Shown here one piece after another: positions 8,777 through 17,353 of a stretch of 64,000 bases of DNA. Under the pieces are notes generated by a model. It ran no database searches, was not told the DNA's origin, and was given only the letters and a program-made list of their open reading frames with translations. Position 1 is the stretch's first letter. The number at the start of each line of letters is the position of its first letter. The stretch is from an uncultured delta proteobacterium (GTDB lineage: Bacteria; Desulfobacterota; Desulfuromonadia; Desulfuromonadales; BM103). Made by a program: the position numbers and the translations under genes. Location of the stretch: assembly GCA_963847735.1 (NCBI GenBank), contig CAWKAV010000022.1:242988-306987 (forward strand), given 5' to 3'.

Positions 8777-10010
8777 CGATGGGCCGGAGGTCGTCGATCA
8801 CCTTGCCGTCGTTGACCAGACTGCCGACGGGCACGAAAACGACTTCGCCACGCAGGTTGCAGACCTGCCGAAGCGTCGTTACGACAGCCTCAGACAGCTG
8901 TTCGGGGACGCCGCCGGTCACTTCACAGTGTAGGGTCATTGCATCTGCGTCATTGACCCGCTCGACCACCAAACGTCCCTTGAAGATCTCCGCATGCTGT
9001 TTCAAAACCTGAGCGACCTGAGAAGGATGAACAAACATACCACGCACCTTGGCGGTCTGATCGGCACGGCCCATCCAACCCTTGATGCGTCTATTGGTCC
9101 GACCGCAGGGGCTCGCTCCGGGGAGGATGGCAGAAAGGTCGCCGGTGGCAAAACGGATCAGTGGATATTCGGCAGAGAGGGCGGTGACGACCACTTCACC
9201 GACTTCTCCGTCCGGAATCGGGTCGCCGGTACCCGGGCGCACGATCTCGAGGATGATACCCTCGTCAACGATCATGCCCTCGCGGGCCGTTGATTCGTAA
9301 GCGATCAGCCCAAGATCGGCAGTCGCGTAACACTGCAGCACGGCAATGCCTCGATTGGCGAATGTCTCACGCAGGCTCGGCGGCAGATATTCGCCGGAGA
9401 CCAGGGCCTTGTTGAGACTTGAGAGATCAGCGCCGAGTTCATCGGCCTTATCGAGGATCAGCTTGAGAAACGACGGCGTACCCACATAACCCTGCGGTCG
9501 GACGTGGCTCATGACCTGGACCTGCAGCTCGGTCTGGCCAACTCCAGCCGGCACCACAGCGCAACCGAGAGCCTGGGCACCAGCTTCGAACATCATCCCC
9601 GCCGGGGTGAAGTGGTAGGAGAAACAGTTATGCACGATCTCGCCGTGTCGAAAGCCGGCGGCATACAGGGCCCGGGCGAAACGCCAGAAGTCTGGGCGTC
9701 GCGCACCCGGCTCGAAAATCGGTCCGGGCGAGGCAAAGATCTGGCTCAGCGCCGGAGGCACCAGAGTCGTCAAGCCGCCGAAAATCGGCTGGCGTTGCTG
9801 ACGCTCGATCAGCTCCGTCTTGCGCAGCAGCGGCAGCGCCTCCAGAGCGCTACGCCGAGTCACGGTCGCAGCATCAACGCCAGCGAGCAGCTCGGCAACA
9901 GCCGGAGCGTGCTGCTGGGCGTGCGCGACCTGGGCCGCGAGCAACGTAAAAAGTTCCGCCTCACGCTGCTCAGGCGGGCGAGTTTCCAGACTGTCAAAAA
10001 AATCGCTCAT
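8769..10010 (-). CDS. phenylacetate-CoA ligase-like (PaaK/F390 synthetase family) adenylate-forming enzyme
   Basis: 413 aa; N-terminal helical region ..LPLLRKTELIERQ.., then AMP-binding core GYVGTPSF.., ..YATADLGLIAYE.., ..RFATGDL... Confidence 0.7.
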   Translation of the reverse strand: MSDFFDSLETRPPEQREAELFTLLAAQVAHAQQHAPAVAELLAGVDAATVTRRSALEALPLLRKTELIERQQRQPIFGGLTTLVPPALSQIFASPGPIFEPGARRPDFWRFARALYAAGFRHGEIVHNCFSYHFTPAGMMFEAGAQALGCAVVPAGVGQTELQVQVMSHVRPQGYVGTPSFLKLILDKADELGADLSSLNKALVSGEYLPPSLRETFANRGIAVLQCYATADLGLIAYESTAREGMIVDEGIILEIVRPGTGDPIPDGEVGEVVVTALSAEYPLIRFATGDLSAILPGASPCGRTNRRIKGWMGRADQTAKVRGMFVHPSQVAQVLKQHAEIFKGRLVVERVNDADAMTLHCEVTGGVPEQLSEAVVTTLRQVCNLRGEVVFVPVGSLVNDGKVIDDLRPIDA

Positions 10011-10094
10011 AACTGCTCCGATTAATACCTAAAGTATTTTCTTAGCTCTTCTCTATAAGTAGCTAATCAAATATTTGTTTCTCAAGATTACATG

Positions 10095-10218
10095 TGAGGT
10101 GGTCAGAAAAGGTCCGGATGCAAGGCTTACGAAGGATTGAGTCCTGCAGGCGTAGCGAAAGCTAGTCGAAGCACGAAAGCCGAGTATAACGCCGCAGACG
10201 GGCTTTTACGGCCGCCGA
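10095..10218. repeat. GC-rich intergenic element with imperfect self-complementary termini (candidate extragenic repeat or structured RNA)
   Basis: AAAAGGTCCGGATGCAAGGC.. at 10107 and ..GCCGCAGACGGGCTTTT ending at 10207 are imperfect reverse complements. Sits in the 211-nt gap between the livF-like and paaK-like genes, next to an AT-rich stretch. Only one copy in this window. Confidence 0.3.
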
Positions 10219-10221
10219 ACC

Positions 10222-11043
10222 CTACATCCAACGCTTGCGGCGCTTATACGACTTAAGATTCTTGAACGACTTACGGTCCTTGTCACCACCAGAGAGGTAA
10301 AACTCTTTCATGTCCTCATTATTGAGCAGTTCCTCACCGGTGCCGTCGAGGGCAATTTTGCCGGATTCCATGACATAGCCGTAGGAGGCGCAGCGCAGGG
10401 CCATGTTGGCGTTCTGTTCAACCAGCAGCATGGTAATGCCCTGCTCCTGGTTGATGCTGCGGATGATACCGAAGACCTCCTTGACCAGAAGCGGTGAAAG
10501 ACCCATGGAAGGTTCGTCGAGCAGAATCATTTCCGGACGGGCCATGACCGCGCGGCCGATAGCCAGCATCTGCTGCTCGCCACCGGACAGATAGCCGGCC
10601 AGGCCGGTGCGCTCCCTGAGCCGTGGGAAATAGTGAAAGACCTTGTCGATATCGTCCTTAATGTGCTTGTCACGGCGGGTATAGGCACCGAGGCGCAGGT
10701 TCTCGATAACGGTCATATCCTCGATGATGCGACGTCCCTCCATGACCTGGAAGATGCCGCGCCGGACAATATCGTCCGGATCACGGTTGCTGATCGATTC
10801 GCCCTTGAAGTGAATCGAACCCTTGGTCACTTCGCCGTCCTCGGTCTTGAGCAGACCGGACACCGCTTTGAGAGTCGTCGATTTGCCGGCACCATTCGGA
10901 CCAAGCAGGGTGACAATTTCACCCCGGGGCACTTCCAGGCTGATTCCCCGCAGCACCAGGATAACATCGTCGTAAACGACCTCGATATTATTGATCGACA
11001 GGATGATCTCTTTCTCTTCAACCTTGGCAGCGGCTTCGGCCAT
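10222..11043 (-). CDS. branched-chain-amino-acid-type ABC transporter ATP-binding protein (LivF-like) with basic C-terminal tail
   Basis: Walker A GPNGAGKST, signature LSGGEQQMLAIGRA, Walker B ILLDEPS. Start set at the ATG at 11043 (MAEAAAKVEEKE..). Confidence 0.85.
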   Translation of the reverse strand: MAEAAAKVEEKEIILSINNIEVVYDDVILVLRGISLEVPRGEIVTLLGPNGAGKSTTLKAVSGLLKTEDGEVTKGSIHFKGESISNRDPDDIVRRGIFQVMEGRRIIEDMTVIENLRLGAYTRRDKHIKDDIDKVFHYFPRLRERTGLAGYLSGGEQQMLAIGRAVMARPEMILLDEPSMGLSPLLVKEVFGIIRSINQEQGITMLLVEQNANMALRCASYGYVMESGKIALDGTGEELLNNEDMKEFYLSGGDKDRKSFKNLKSYKRRKRWM

Positions 11044-11062
11044 GGGGACTCCGTTCTGGGTC

Positions 11063-11119
11063 GACGAGTGACGAGTGACGAGATAACCGGTCTTTGACCC
11101 GTCACTCGCCACTCGCCAC
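11063..11119 (-). other. intercistronic stem-loop built from heptad repeats
   Basis: GACGAGTGACGAGTGACGAG ... CGTCACTCGCCACTCGCCAC. The two A/C mismatches on the plus strand become G-U pairs in the minus-strand (mRNA-sense) transcript. Confidence 0.55.
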
Positions 11120-11137
11120 TTTGTCACTATTTACAAA

Positions 11138-12387
11138 CTACCAGCCGAGCCAATCGTCGCGACGAGGGACGACGACCGTTGACTGCGGGTTGAACTTGAA
11201 ATCGCCACCATTGTAGGTGGTGGTGTAGACCGAAACCTCGGTCGTGCCACGATGATCTTCACTGGTCCAGGTGGAAGGCTTGCAGACCCCCTCCAGACCG
11301 GCGGGGACATGGTCCTTCATCTGCTCCATGCCCTTCTTGATGTTGGGACCGGTGATGCCGCCGTCCATCTTGTCAGCGGCAAGCCATGGCATCCTTCATG
11401 AAGAAAACGGCGCAGACGCCGCGCATGTAGTGCAGGTTGCGGTAGGTTTCGCCGGTGGGATCAGACATCTTGGAGATAGCACGAACGGTTGTCATGCCTG
11501 GAGCATCAGATTTCCAGAACGGTGAGCCGAGCGGTACGGCAACGCCGTCACCTGAATCCTGGGCGGCCTTGATGGAGTTCTCGTCCCAACCCCAGACGTT
11601 GGCCATGAACTGGGGCTTGGCACCAACCGTTCCACAGGAGTTAAGCAGTGAGATGTTGGAACCAGCGGTGTTGCCCATGTAGGCGTAGTTGGCGCCGGAA
11701 TCCTTGAGAGTCAGGCATTGGGCCTTGGCATCGCCGGGCTTGAGCTCGTAAACAATCGGATTAAGGACTTCGAAGCCGAGTTCCTTGGCATATTCGGCGC
11801 AGGCTTCCTTGGGGGCATTCGGATAGGGATGGTTGGCGCCCATGTGGATAAACTTCGGTACACCTTTGCCGCCCTTGGCTGCCCAGTCATCGGCAGCCCA
11901 CTGCACCAGACCGCGGCAGGTGTCGGAATAGGAGGCGCCATAGAAGAAGTTGTAGGGTGCCGGGGCCTTGGTCTTGGGCGACTTGCCGGTCGGGTCGGTC
12001 AGATGACCGGAGTAGGAGGCCGAGTAGTAAGGGATCTGATCCTGGGCGACAAACTGGACCAGGGCTTCGGTATCGGCGGTCCCCCAACCCTGGATCGCTA
12101 CCGGCTTGATGCCTGACATCCAGTTCTTGTAGGTGGCGATGGCCTGTGGTGCCTTGTAGGAGTAGTCAACGGTCTCGTATGCAAGCTGCTTGCCGTTAAC
12201 GCCGCCATTCGCGTTGATGTAATTCATGGCGTCGGCGACACCATTACCATAGGGGACACCAACATCCGAGGTCGGTCCGGTGTAACAGGCCAGGTGGCCA
12301 ACCGGTATCGTTGTCGGCGGCGGTTGCCATGGTTGAGAAACCAAAAATTGCCAGTAGAGCAGTGCCACAGAGTAACGTTTTGCGCAT
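11138..12387 (-). pseudogene. LIV-type ABC substrate-binding protein, interrupted by two +1 frameshifts (~12301-12306 and ~11385-11395)
   Basis: Three frames: a signal peptide MRKTLLCGTALLAIFGFSTMATAADNDT (ATG at 12387), the main body IPVGHLACYTGPTSDVG..VFFMKDAM (ORF 11373..12407), and the tail WLAADKMDGGITGPNIKK..DDWLGW (ORF 11138..11392). Confidence 0.8.
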
Positions 12388-12495
12388 GACGTGTTCCTCC
12401 TTCTCATCGTTGATGATGTTTGTCAGACTACTGGGGAACGTCTCCCCTTTGAAAAGCTCGCAACCCCGGATAACCATACCCGAGGTTGTTTTGGC

Positions 12496-13561
12496 TTAGT
12501 ACGAAAACGGGTAAAGCTTCCAGTAGTTCTTGATCATTCGCCAGCGGTGAGCCAGGCCGTCCGGCTCAAAAATCAGGAACAGTATGATGGCCAGGCCGAT
12601 GGCCATCTCCTTGATATAGGCCAGCGCCTGGGTCAGCGCGGTGTTGTTGCTGCCGACCAGGTGGACTCCGAAGCTCCATGACTTCCGGCAACAGGACCAT
12701 GAAAATCGTACCCAGCATGGATCCCATGACCGATCCCAGGCCACCGATGATCACCATGCCGAGGAACTGAATGGAAAGCAGCAGGGTGAAGCCTTCGGCA
12801 GAGACAAAGCCCAGGTAATGACCGAACAGGGCACCACCGATTCCGGCATAAAAAGACGAGATGCCGAACGACAGGATGCGGTACTTGTTCAGGTTGATGC
12901 CCATGATCTCGGCCGACAGGTAATGGTCGCGCACCGCAACGAATGCCCGCCCGTCGCGACTGCGCATCAGGTTGGCACCGGCCAGGAACATGACGACCAC
13001 GTAGAAGAGCACCACGAAGAAGTAAGACTTGTCGCTGTTCATGTTGTAGCCGAAGATCGAGAATGGGCTCGCCATGGCGCCGGCGGAACCGCCGGTAAAC
13101 CATTCCGCGCGGGCGAAGAAATCTTCGAGGATATACTGCGAAGCCAGGGTGGCGATGGCCAGGTAGAGTCCCTTGATGCGACCAGCCGGGATACCGACCA
13201 TCAGACCGACAGCCATGGTCGCAAGCCCGGCCAGTGGAATGGCAAAGAACACCGGAATGCCGGAATTATTGCTGATCCACGCCGAAGTAAAAGCCCCCAG
13301 ACCGAAAAACGCAGCATGGCCGAGTGAAATCTGGCCGGTAAAGCCGACGACAATGTTCAGGCCCAGGGCAGCAATGCCGTAGTAGCCGATTTGTATCAGC
13401 AGGTTCAGATAGTAGGCGTCCAGAAAGAGCGGCGACAGGAGCAGCAACAACACTGAGACGACAGCGACCCGCCGCGCCAGAGGGGTCGGGAAGATGGTCA
13501 TATCCGCCTGGTAGGTGGTGCGGAATTCTCCGCAACGCATGCGTGAATGAGCAGATGCCAT
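12496..13561 (-). pseudogene. LIV-type ABC permease (LivM-like), +1 frameshift near 12665-12685
   Basis: ORF 12566..13561 reads as a polytopic permease up to ..MLGTIFMVLLPEVME and then turns to nonsense. ORF 12496..12744 supplies the natural tail FGVHLVGSNNTALTQALAYIKEMAIGLAIILFLIFEPDGLAHRW... Confidence 0.8.
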
Positions 13562-13564
13562 CTT

Positions 13565-14460
13565 TTAAATCCTCTCGATATCTTTGGTGCCGAACAGACC
13601 GTAGGGCTTGATCATGAGAATGATGACCAGGGCATAAAAGGGTGCAATGTTGTACATATTGCCGAGATGCAGCCACTGGCTGTCAAAAAATTCGGCCAGA
13701 TTCTCCAGCACACCGATCAGCAGGCCACCGACGATGGCACCGACGATCGAATCAAGACCACCGAGAATGACCACCGGGAAAACCTTGATGCCGATGAAGG
13801 AGAGCGCCGAAGAAACTCCGTTGACCATGCCGATGACCACCCCGGCCAGCGCCGAGACCACGGCAGAGATCGCCCAGGCGGCGGCAAAGACATGCTTGAC
13901 CGAGATGCCGAGGCTTTGCGCGATCTGCTGGTCGAAGGCCGTGGCCCGCATCGCCAGACCCATGCGGGAATATTTGAAGAAGAAGTAAAAACCGATCATG
14001 ATGACCACTGAAACAATCACGCTCATGATATAGGCCGTTTCAACCTGCAGCCCGCCAATGTTCACCGACGCGGTATCGAATACCTTTGGGAAACGCCTTG
14101 GTGTAGCCGCCAAAAATCCAGGAGACCAGCGCCTGGAAGAACATCGACAGACCGATGGTGACCATGATCACTGAAATAATCGGCTCACCGATCATCGGCC
14201 GCAGCACCAGCACCTGCAGCACCACGCCGAAGATCATCATGAAAACCAGGGTCAGCGGGAAGCCGACATAAAATGGCAGCTCAAACTTGACCAGCATGGC
14301 CCAGCAGGTCCAGGCACCGATCAGCAGAAACTCCCCCTGGGCAAAGTTCACCACCCGGGTCGATTTGTAGATCAGCACGAAGCACATCGCCACAACCCCG
14401 TATAGGGTGCCTGACAATGAGACCGTTGACGATCATCTGACTCAGCAATTCAAAATTCAT
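13565..14460 (-). pseudogene. LIV-type ABC permease (LivH-like), two +1 frameshifts (~14413-14425 and ~14100-14112)
   Basis: Start MNFELLSQMIVNGL (ATG at 14460, preceded by GGGAGAAG). The sequence then continues in ORF 14040..14417 (SGTLYGVVAMCFVLIYKST..SWIFGG) and in ORF 13565..14113 (TPRRFPKVFDTASVNIGGLQV..). Confidence 0.8.
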
Positions 14461-16443
14461 AGTTCTTCTCCCGTCACCGGTTAAAACCCTTTTCATACAG
14501 TCGCTCATGCCGTAGAAACAGCCGCAGAGCGACAGATCGACAATCCGAACATCGGTCTGGACCCGTGACTTGTTGCCATCCTGAAAAGTAATCACCGTAT
14601 CGATATGCACGACATCCAGATCGGAATAGATGGTGTCGATGATATCGGCATATTTCTCTTTGATGACGCCACGACGGACCTTCCTGGTCCTGGTCAATTC
14701 GCCGTCATCAGCGTCAAGCTGCTTGTAGAGCAGCAGGAATTTGCGGATTTTCTGCGCATCGGGCAGGGTTTCATTAACCGTCTCCACCTCTTTCTGCAGC
14801 AGTTCGTAGATCCTGTCCTGAGCGGAGAGATTGATGTAGTTGGTGAAAGCGATGTTGCGCTGCTCGGCCCACTTGGCAACGATTTCAAAACGGATGCAGA
14901 TGATCGCTGACAGGTAGGAACGACCATCGCCCTGAACAACGGCCTCGGCAATGAATGGTGAAAACTTGAGTTTGTTCTCGATGAACTGGGGAGAAAACTT
15001 GTCGCCATTCGAGGTCTCTGACAGATCGCTGATGCGGTCGATGACCACCAGGTGATTGTTCTCTTTCTTGAAGTAGCCGGCGTCGCCGGTGTGCATCCAG
15101 CCGTCTTCGAGGGACTTGTCTGTCTCTGCCTGATTCTTGTAGTAGCCGAGAAACATGCCGCAGGTTTTGGCCACCACTTCGCCGACGCCGTTATGATCCG
15201 GGTTGTCGATGCGCACCTGGGCATTGCGGAACGGGATACCGACACTGTCAAAATCGACATCATGGGCTTCGTGAATGGTGTAGGCGCCGGCCAGTTCGGT
15301 CTGACCGTAGAGCTGGCGCAACGGCACCCCCATGGCCAGGAAAAACTTGAAGGTGTCGGGGCCGAGGGCGGCGCCTCCGGTTGCTGCGGAACGCAGGTAG
15401 GTAAACCCGAGCCGGTCTTTTAAAGGCCGGAACAACAGCCAGTAGGCCAGCTTGGATTGTTTGCCGTGCCCTCTGGCTCTCGCCTTATCAGCACATTTCA
15501 TAGCGAACCGGTACATCGCCTGCTTGAACCTGGTCGCATCCATCATCCTGGCCTTGACATCAGCAGCGACCGATTCCCAGACGCGGGGCGCAAGCAGCAC
15601 GAAGGTCGGTCCGATTTCACGCAGGTCCGACATCATGGTCTCCGGTTCTTCGACGAAGTTGACAATGATCCGGCTGATCAGGGCCTGAGCCACGGCATAG
15701 ACCTGCTCCATGATCCAGGGCAGCGGCAGTACCGAGACATAGTTGTCACTTGGATATTTAGGGTCGGCCTCCAGGTAGGCGACACAGTGTTCCAGCATCG
15801 GCCCGGCCTGCAACATGGCCAGCTTCGGATTCGAGGTTGTCCCCGAGGTCGGACAGAGAATTGCCACATCTTCGGCTTTGCCCTGATTGACCAGCTGCAT
15901 ATAGAGTTCGGGCTGTTCTACATCGATCTGATGGCCACTGGCCATCAGATCGATGTGACTCATCAACCTGGGATCATCATACTTGCGCATGCCGCGTGGA
16001 TCACAGTAGATAATATGCTCGACACAGGGGCATTCTTCCGTGATCTCAAGAACCTTGTCGACCTGCTCCTCATCCTCGGCAATGATGATTTTGGCACCGG
16101 CGTAGTTGATCAGGTAGGCGACTTCTTCGTTGAGAGAGTCCTGGTAAATGCCGAAGATCATCGCCCGCAGAGAATGGGCGGCAATCTCGCCATACACCCA
16201 CTCGGGTCGGTTGTCACCGATGATACCAACCGAATCGTTATGGCCTATTCCCAGCTTGTGCATGCCGAGAGCGAACAGCTTGACAGACCGGTTATAGTCA
16301 GCCCAGGTGTAGGCATTCCAGATGCCGTAATCCTTCTCGCGAAGCGCAACTTCGTTTGGCCAGTTGTCGGCATTATGGGCCAGCAGCTTGGGAAAAGTGT
16401 CAAAAGTTTTTACGTCGGTGAATGCCGAAGGCTGCACTGTCAT
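14281..16443 (-). CDS. AMP-forming acyl-CoA ligase (long-chain-fatty-acid-CoA ligase-like) embedded in the ABC operon; the 3' end is probably artefactually extended
   Basis: AMP-binding motifs ILCPTSGTTSNPKLAM, ..YGQTELAG.., ..WMHTGDAGY... As given, the ORF reads through the livH ribosome-binding site and start codon. A +1 frame gives ..AAVSTA-stop at 14505-14507. Confidence 0.8.
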   Translation of the reverse strand: MTVQPSAFTDVKTFDTFPKLLAHNADNWPNEVALREKDYGIWNAYTWADYNRSVKLFALGMHKLGIGHNDSVGIIGDNRPEWVYGEIAAHSLRAMIFGIYQDSLNEEVAYLINYAGAKIIIAEDEEQVDKVLEITEECPCVEHIIYCDPRGMRKYDDPRLMSHIDLMASGHQIDVEQPELYMQLVNQGKAEDVAILCPTSGTTSNPKLAMLQAGPMLEHCVAYLEADPKYPSDNYVSVLPLPWIMEQVYAVAQALISRIIVNFVEEPETMMSDLREIGPTFVLLAPRVWESVAADVKARMMDATRFKQAMYRFAMKCADKARARGHGKQSKLAYWLLFRPLKDRLGFTYLRSAATGGAALGPDTFKFFLAMGVPLRQLYGQTELAGAYTIHEAHDVDFDSVGIPFRNAQVRIDNPDHNGVGEVVAKTCGMFLGYYKNQAETDKSLEDGWMHTGDAGYFKKENNHLVVIDRISDLSETSNGDKFSPQFIENKLKFSPFIAEAVVQGDGRSYLSAIICIRFEIVAKWAEQRNIAFTNYINLSAQDRIYELLQKEVETVNETLPDAQKIRKFLLLYKQLDADDGELTRTRKVRRGVIKEKYADIIDTIYSDLDVVHIDTVITFQDGNKSRVQTDVRIVDLSLCGCFYGMSDCMKRVLTGDGRRTMNFELLSQMIVNGLIVRHPIRGCGDVLRADLQIDPGGELCPGGVSADRCLDLLGHAGQV

Positions 16444-17258
16444 CAGGCGGCTCCTCCGGTCGTTTCCTGCACGTCATCATCGAAACCGACACCGAGGTAG
16501 GCGGTCTTGACCTGCTCGTTCTGCATGACTTCGTCGGGTAATCCGACGCAGATTTCCCTGCCGAAATCAAGGACCATGACACGATGGGAGATATCCATGA
16601 CCACGCCCATATCGTGCTCGATCATGATCACCGTCATGCCCCATTCTTCATTGAGGTCGATGACGTAACGCGCCATGTCTTCTTTCTCTTCCAGGTTCAT
16701 CCCCGCCATCGGTTCGTCAAGCAGGATCAAGTCAGGGCGCAAGGCCACCGCCCTTGCCAGCTCAACCCGCTTGCGCAGGCCATAAGAAAGGGTTCCGGCG
16801 ACCTCCTTGCGAATATGGGCAATCTCGAGGAAATCTATGATGTCCTCAACCTCGCGGCGATGCGCGAGTTCTTCCTTGCGTGCACCGGTCAACCAGTACA
16901 GAGAACCGGTCAGAAAGTTGTTTTTGAGCAGGTGGTGGCGACCGACCAGGATATTGTCGAGCACAGACATGTGATTGAAGAGCGCCAGATTTTGGAAGGT
17001 CCGGCCAATGCCAAGTTTGCAACGATCATTGGGCTTCATGCCGATGATACTCTGGCCCTTAAAAGCAATCTGCCCCTTGTTGGGCTGGTAGCGCCCGGAA
17101 ATGCAATTCAGCATGGACGTCTTGCCCGCACCGTTGGGGCCGATAATCGAGAAGAGTTCCCCCGGGTGGACCTCAAATGAGACTTCGCGCAGGGCATGCA
17201 CACCACCGAAGGAGAGGAAGATATCATCGACTTTGATCAGTGGCTGGCTATTACCCAT
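16443..17258 (-). CDS. LIV-type ABC transporter ATP-binding protein (LivG-like)
   Basis: Walker A GPNGAGKTS, signature LSYGLRKRVELARA, Walker B ILLDEPMAG. Its stop overlaps the ligase start. Confidence 0.9.
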   Translation of the reverse strand: MGNSQPLIKVDDIFLSFGGVHALREVSFEVHPGELFSIIGPNGAGKTSMLNCISGRYQPNKGQIAFKGQSIIGMKPNDRCKLGIGRTFQNLALFNHMSVLDNILVGRHHLLKNNFLTGSLYWLTGARKEELAHRREVEDIIDFLEIAHIRKEVAGTLSYGLRKRVELARAVALRPDLILLDEPMAGMNLEEKEDMARYVIDLNEEWGMTVIMIEHDMGVVMDISHRVMVLDFGREICVGLPDEVMQNEQVKTAYLGVGFDDDVQETTGGAA

Positions 17259-17303
17259 ATCGCCTTCCTTCCAGAGTCACCAGTATCAGGCAGTTAAATC
17301 GCC

Positions 17304-17323
17304 TGTCACACCTTGCTGTGACA
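17304..17323. promoter_or_regulatory. perfect inverted repeat TGTCACA-N6-TGTGACA in the livG leader
   Basis: Read directly from the sequence. Lies just downstream of the predicted sigma54 start site and about 45 nt upstream of the livG ATG. A related half-site TGTCACA occurs at 17463-17469. Confidence 0.5.
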
Positions 17324-17336
17324 AACATAGCAAAAC

Positions 17337-17353
17337 TGCAAAACAAATACCAA
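17337..17353 (-). promoter_or_regulatory. sigma54 (-24/-12) promoter candidate for the livG-ligase-livHMK-livF operon
   Basis: The minus strand reads TTGGTATTTGTTTTGCA, with GG-N10-GC spacing. Near-identical to the element at 6604-6620. Confidence 0.65.

Noticed and set aside
11063-11119. Heptad repeats as a mini CRISPR or tandem-repeat locus.
   Set aside because: There are only about 2.5 copies of a 7-mer on each arm, arranged as an inverted repeat with no spacers. It is a hairpin, not an array.
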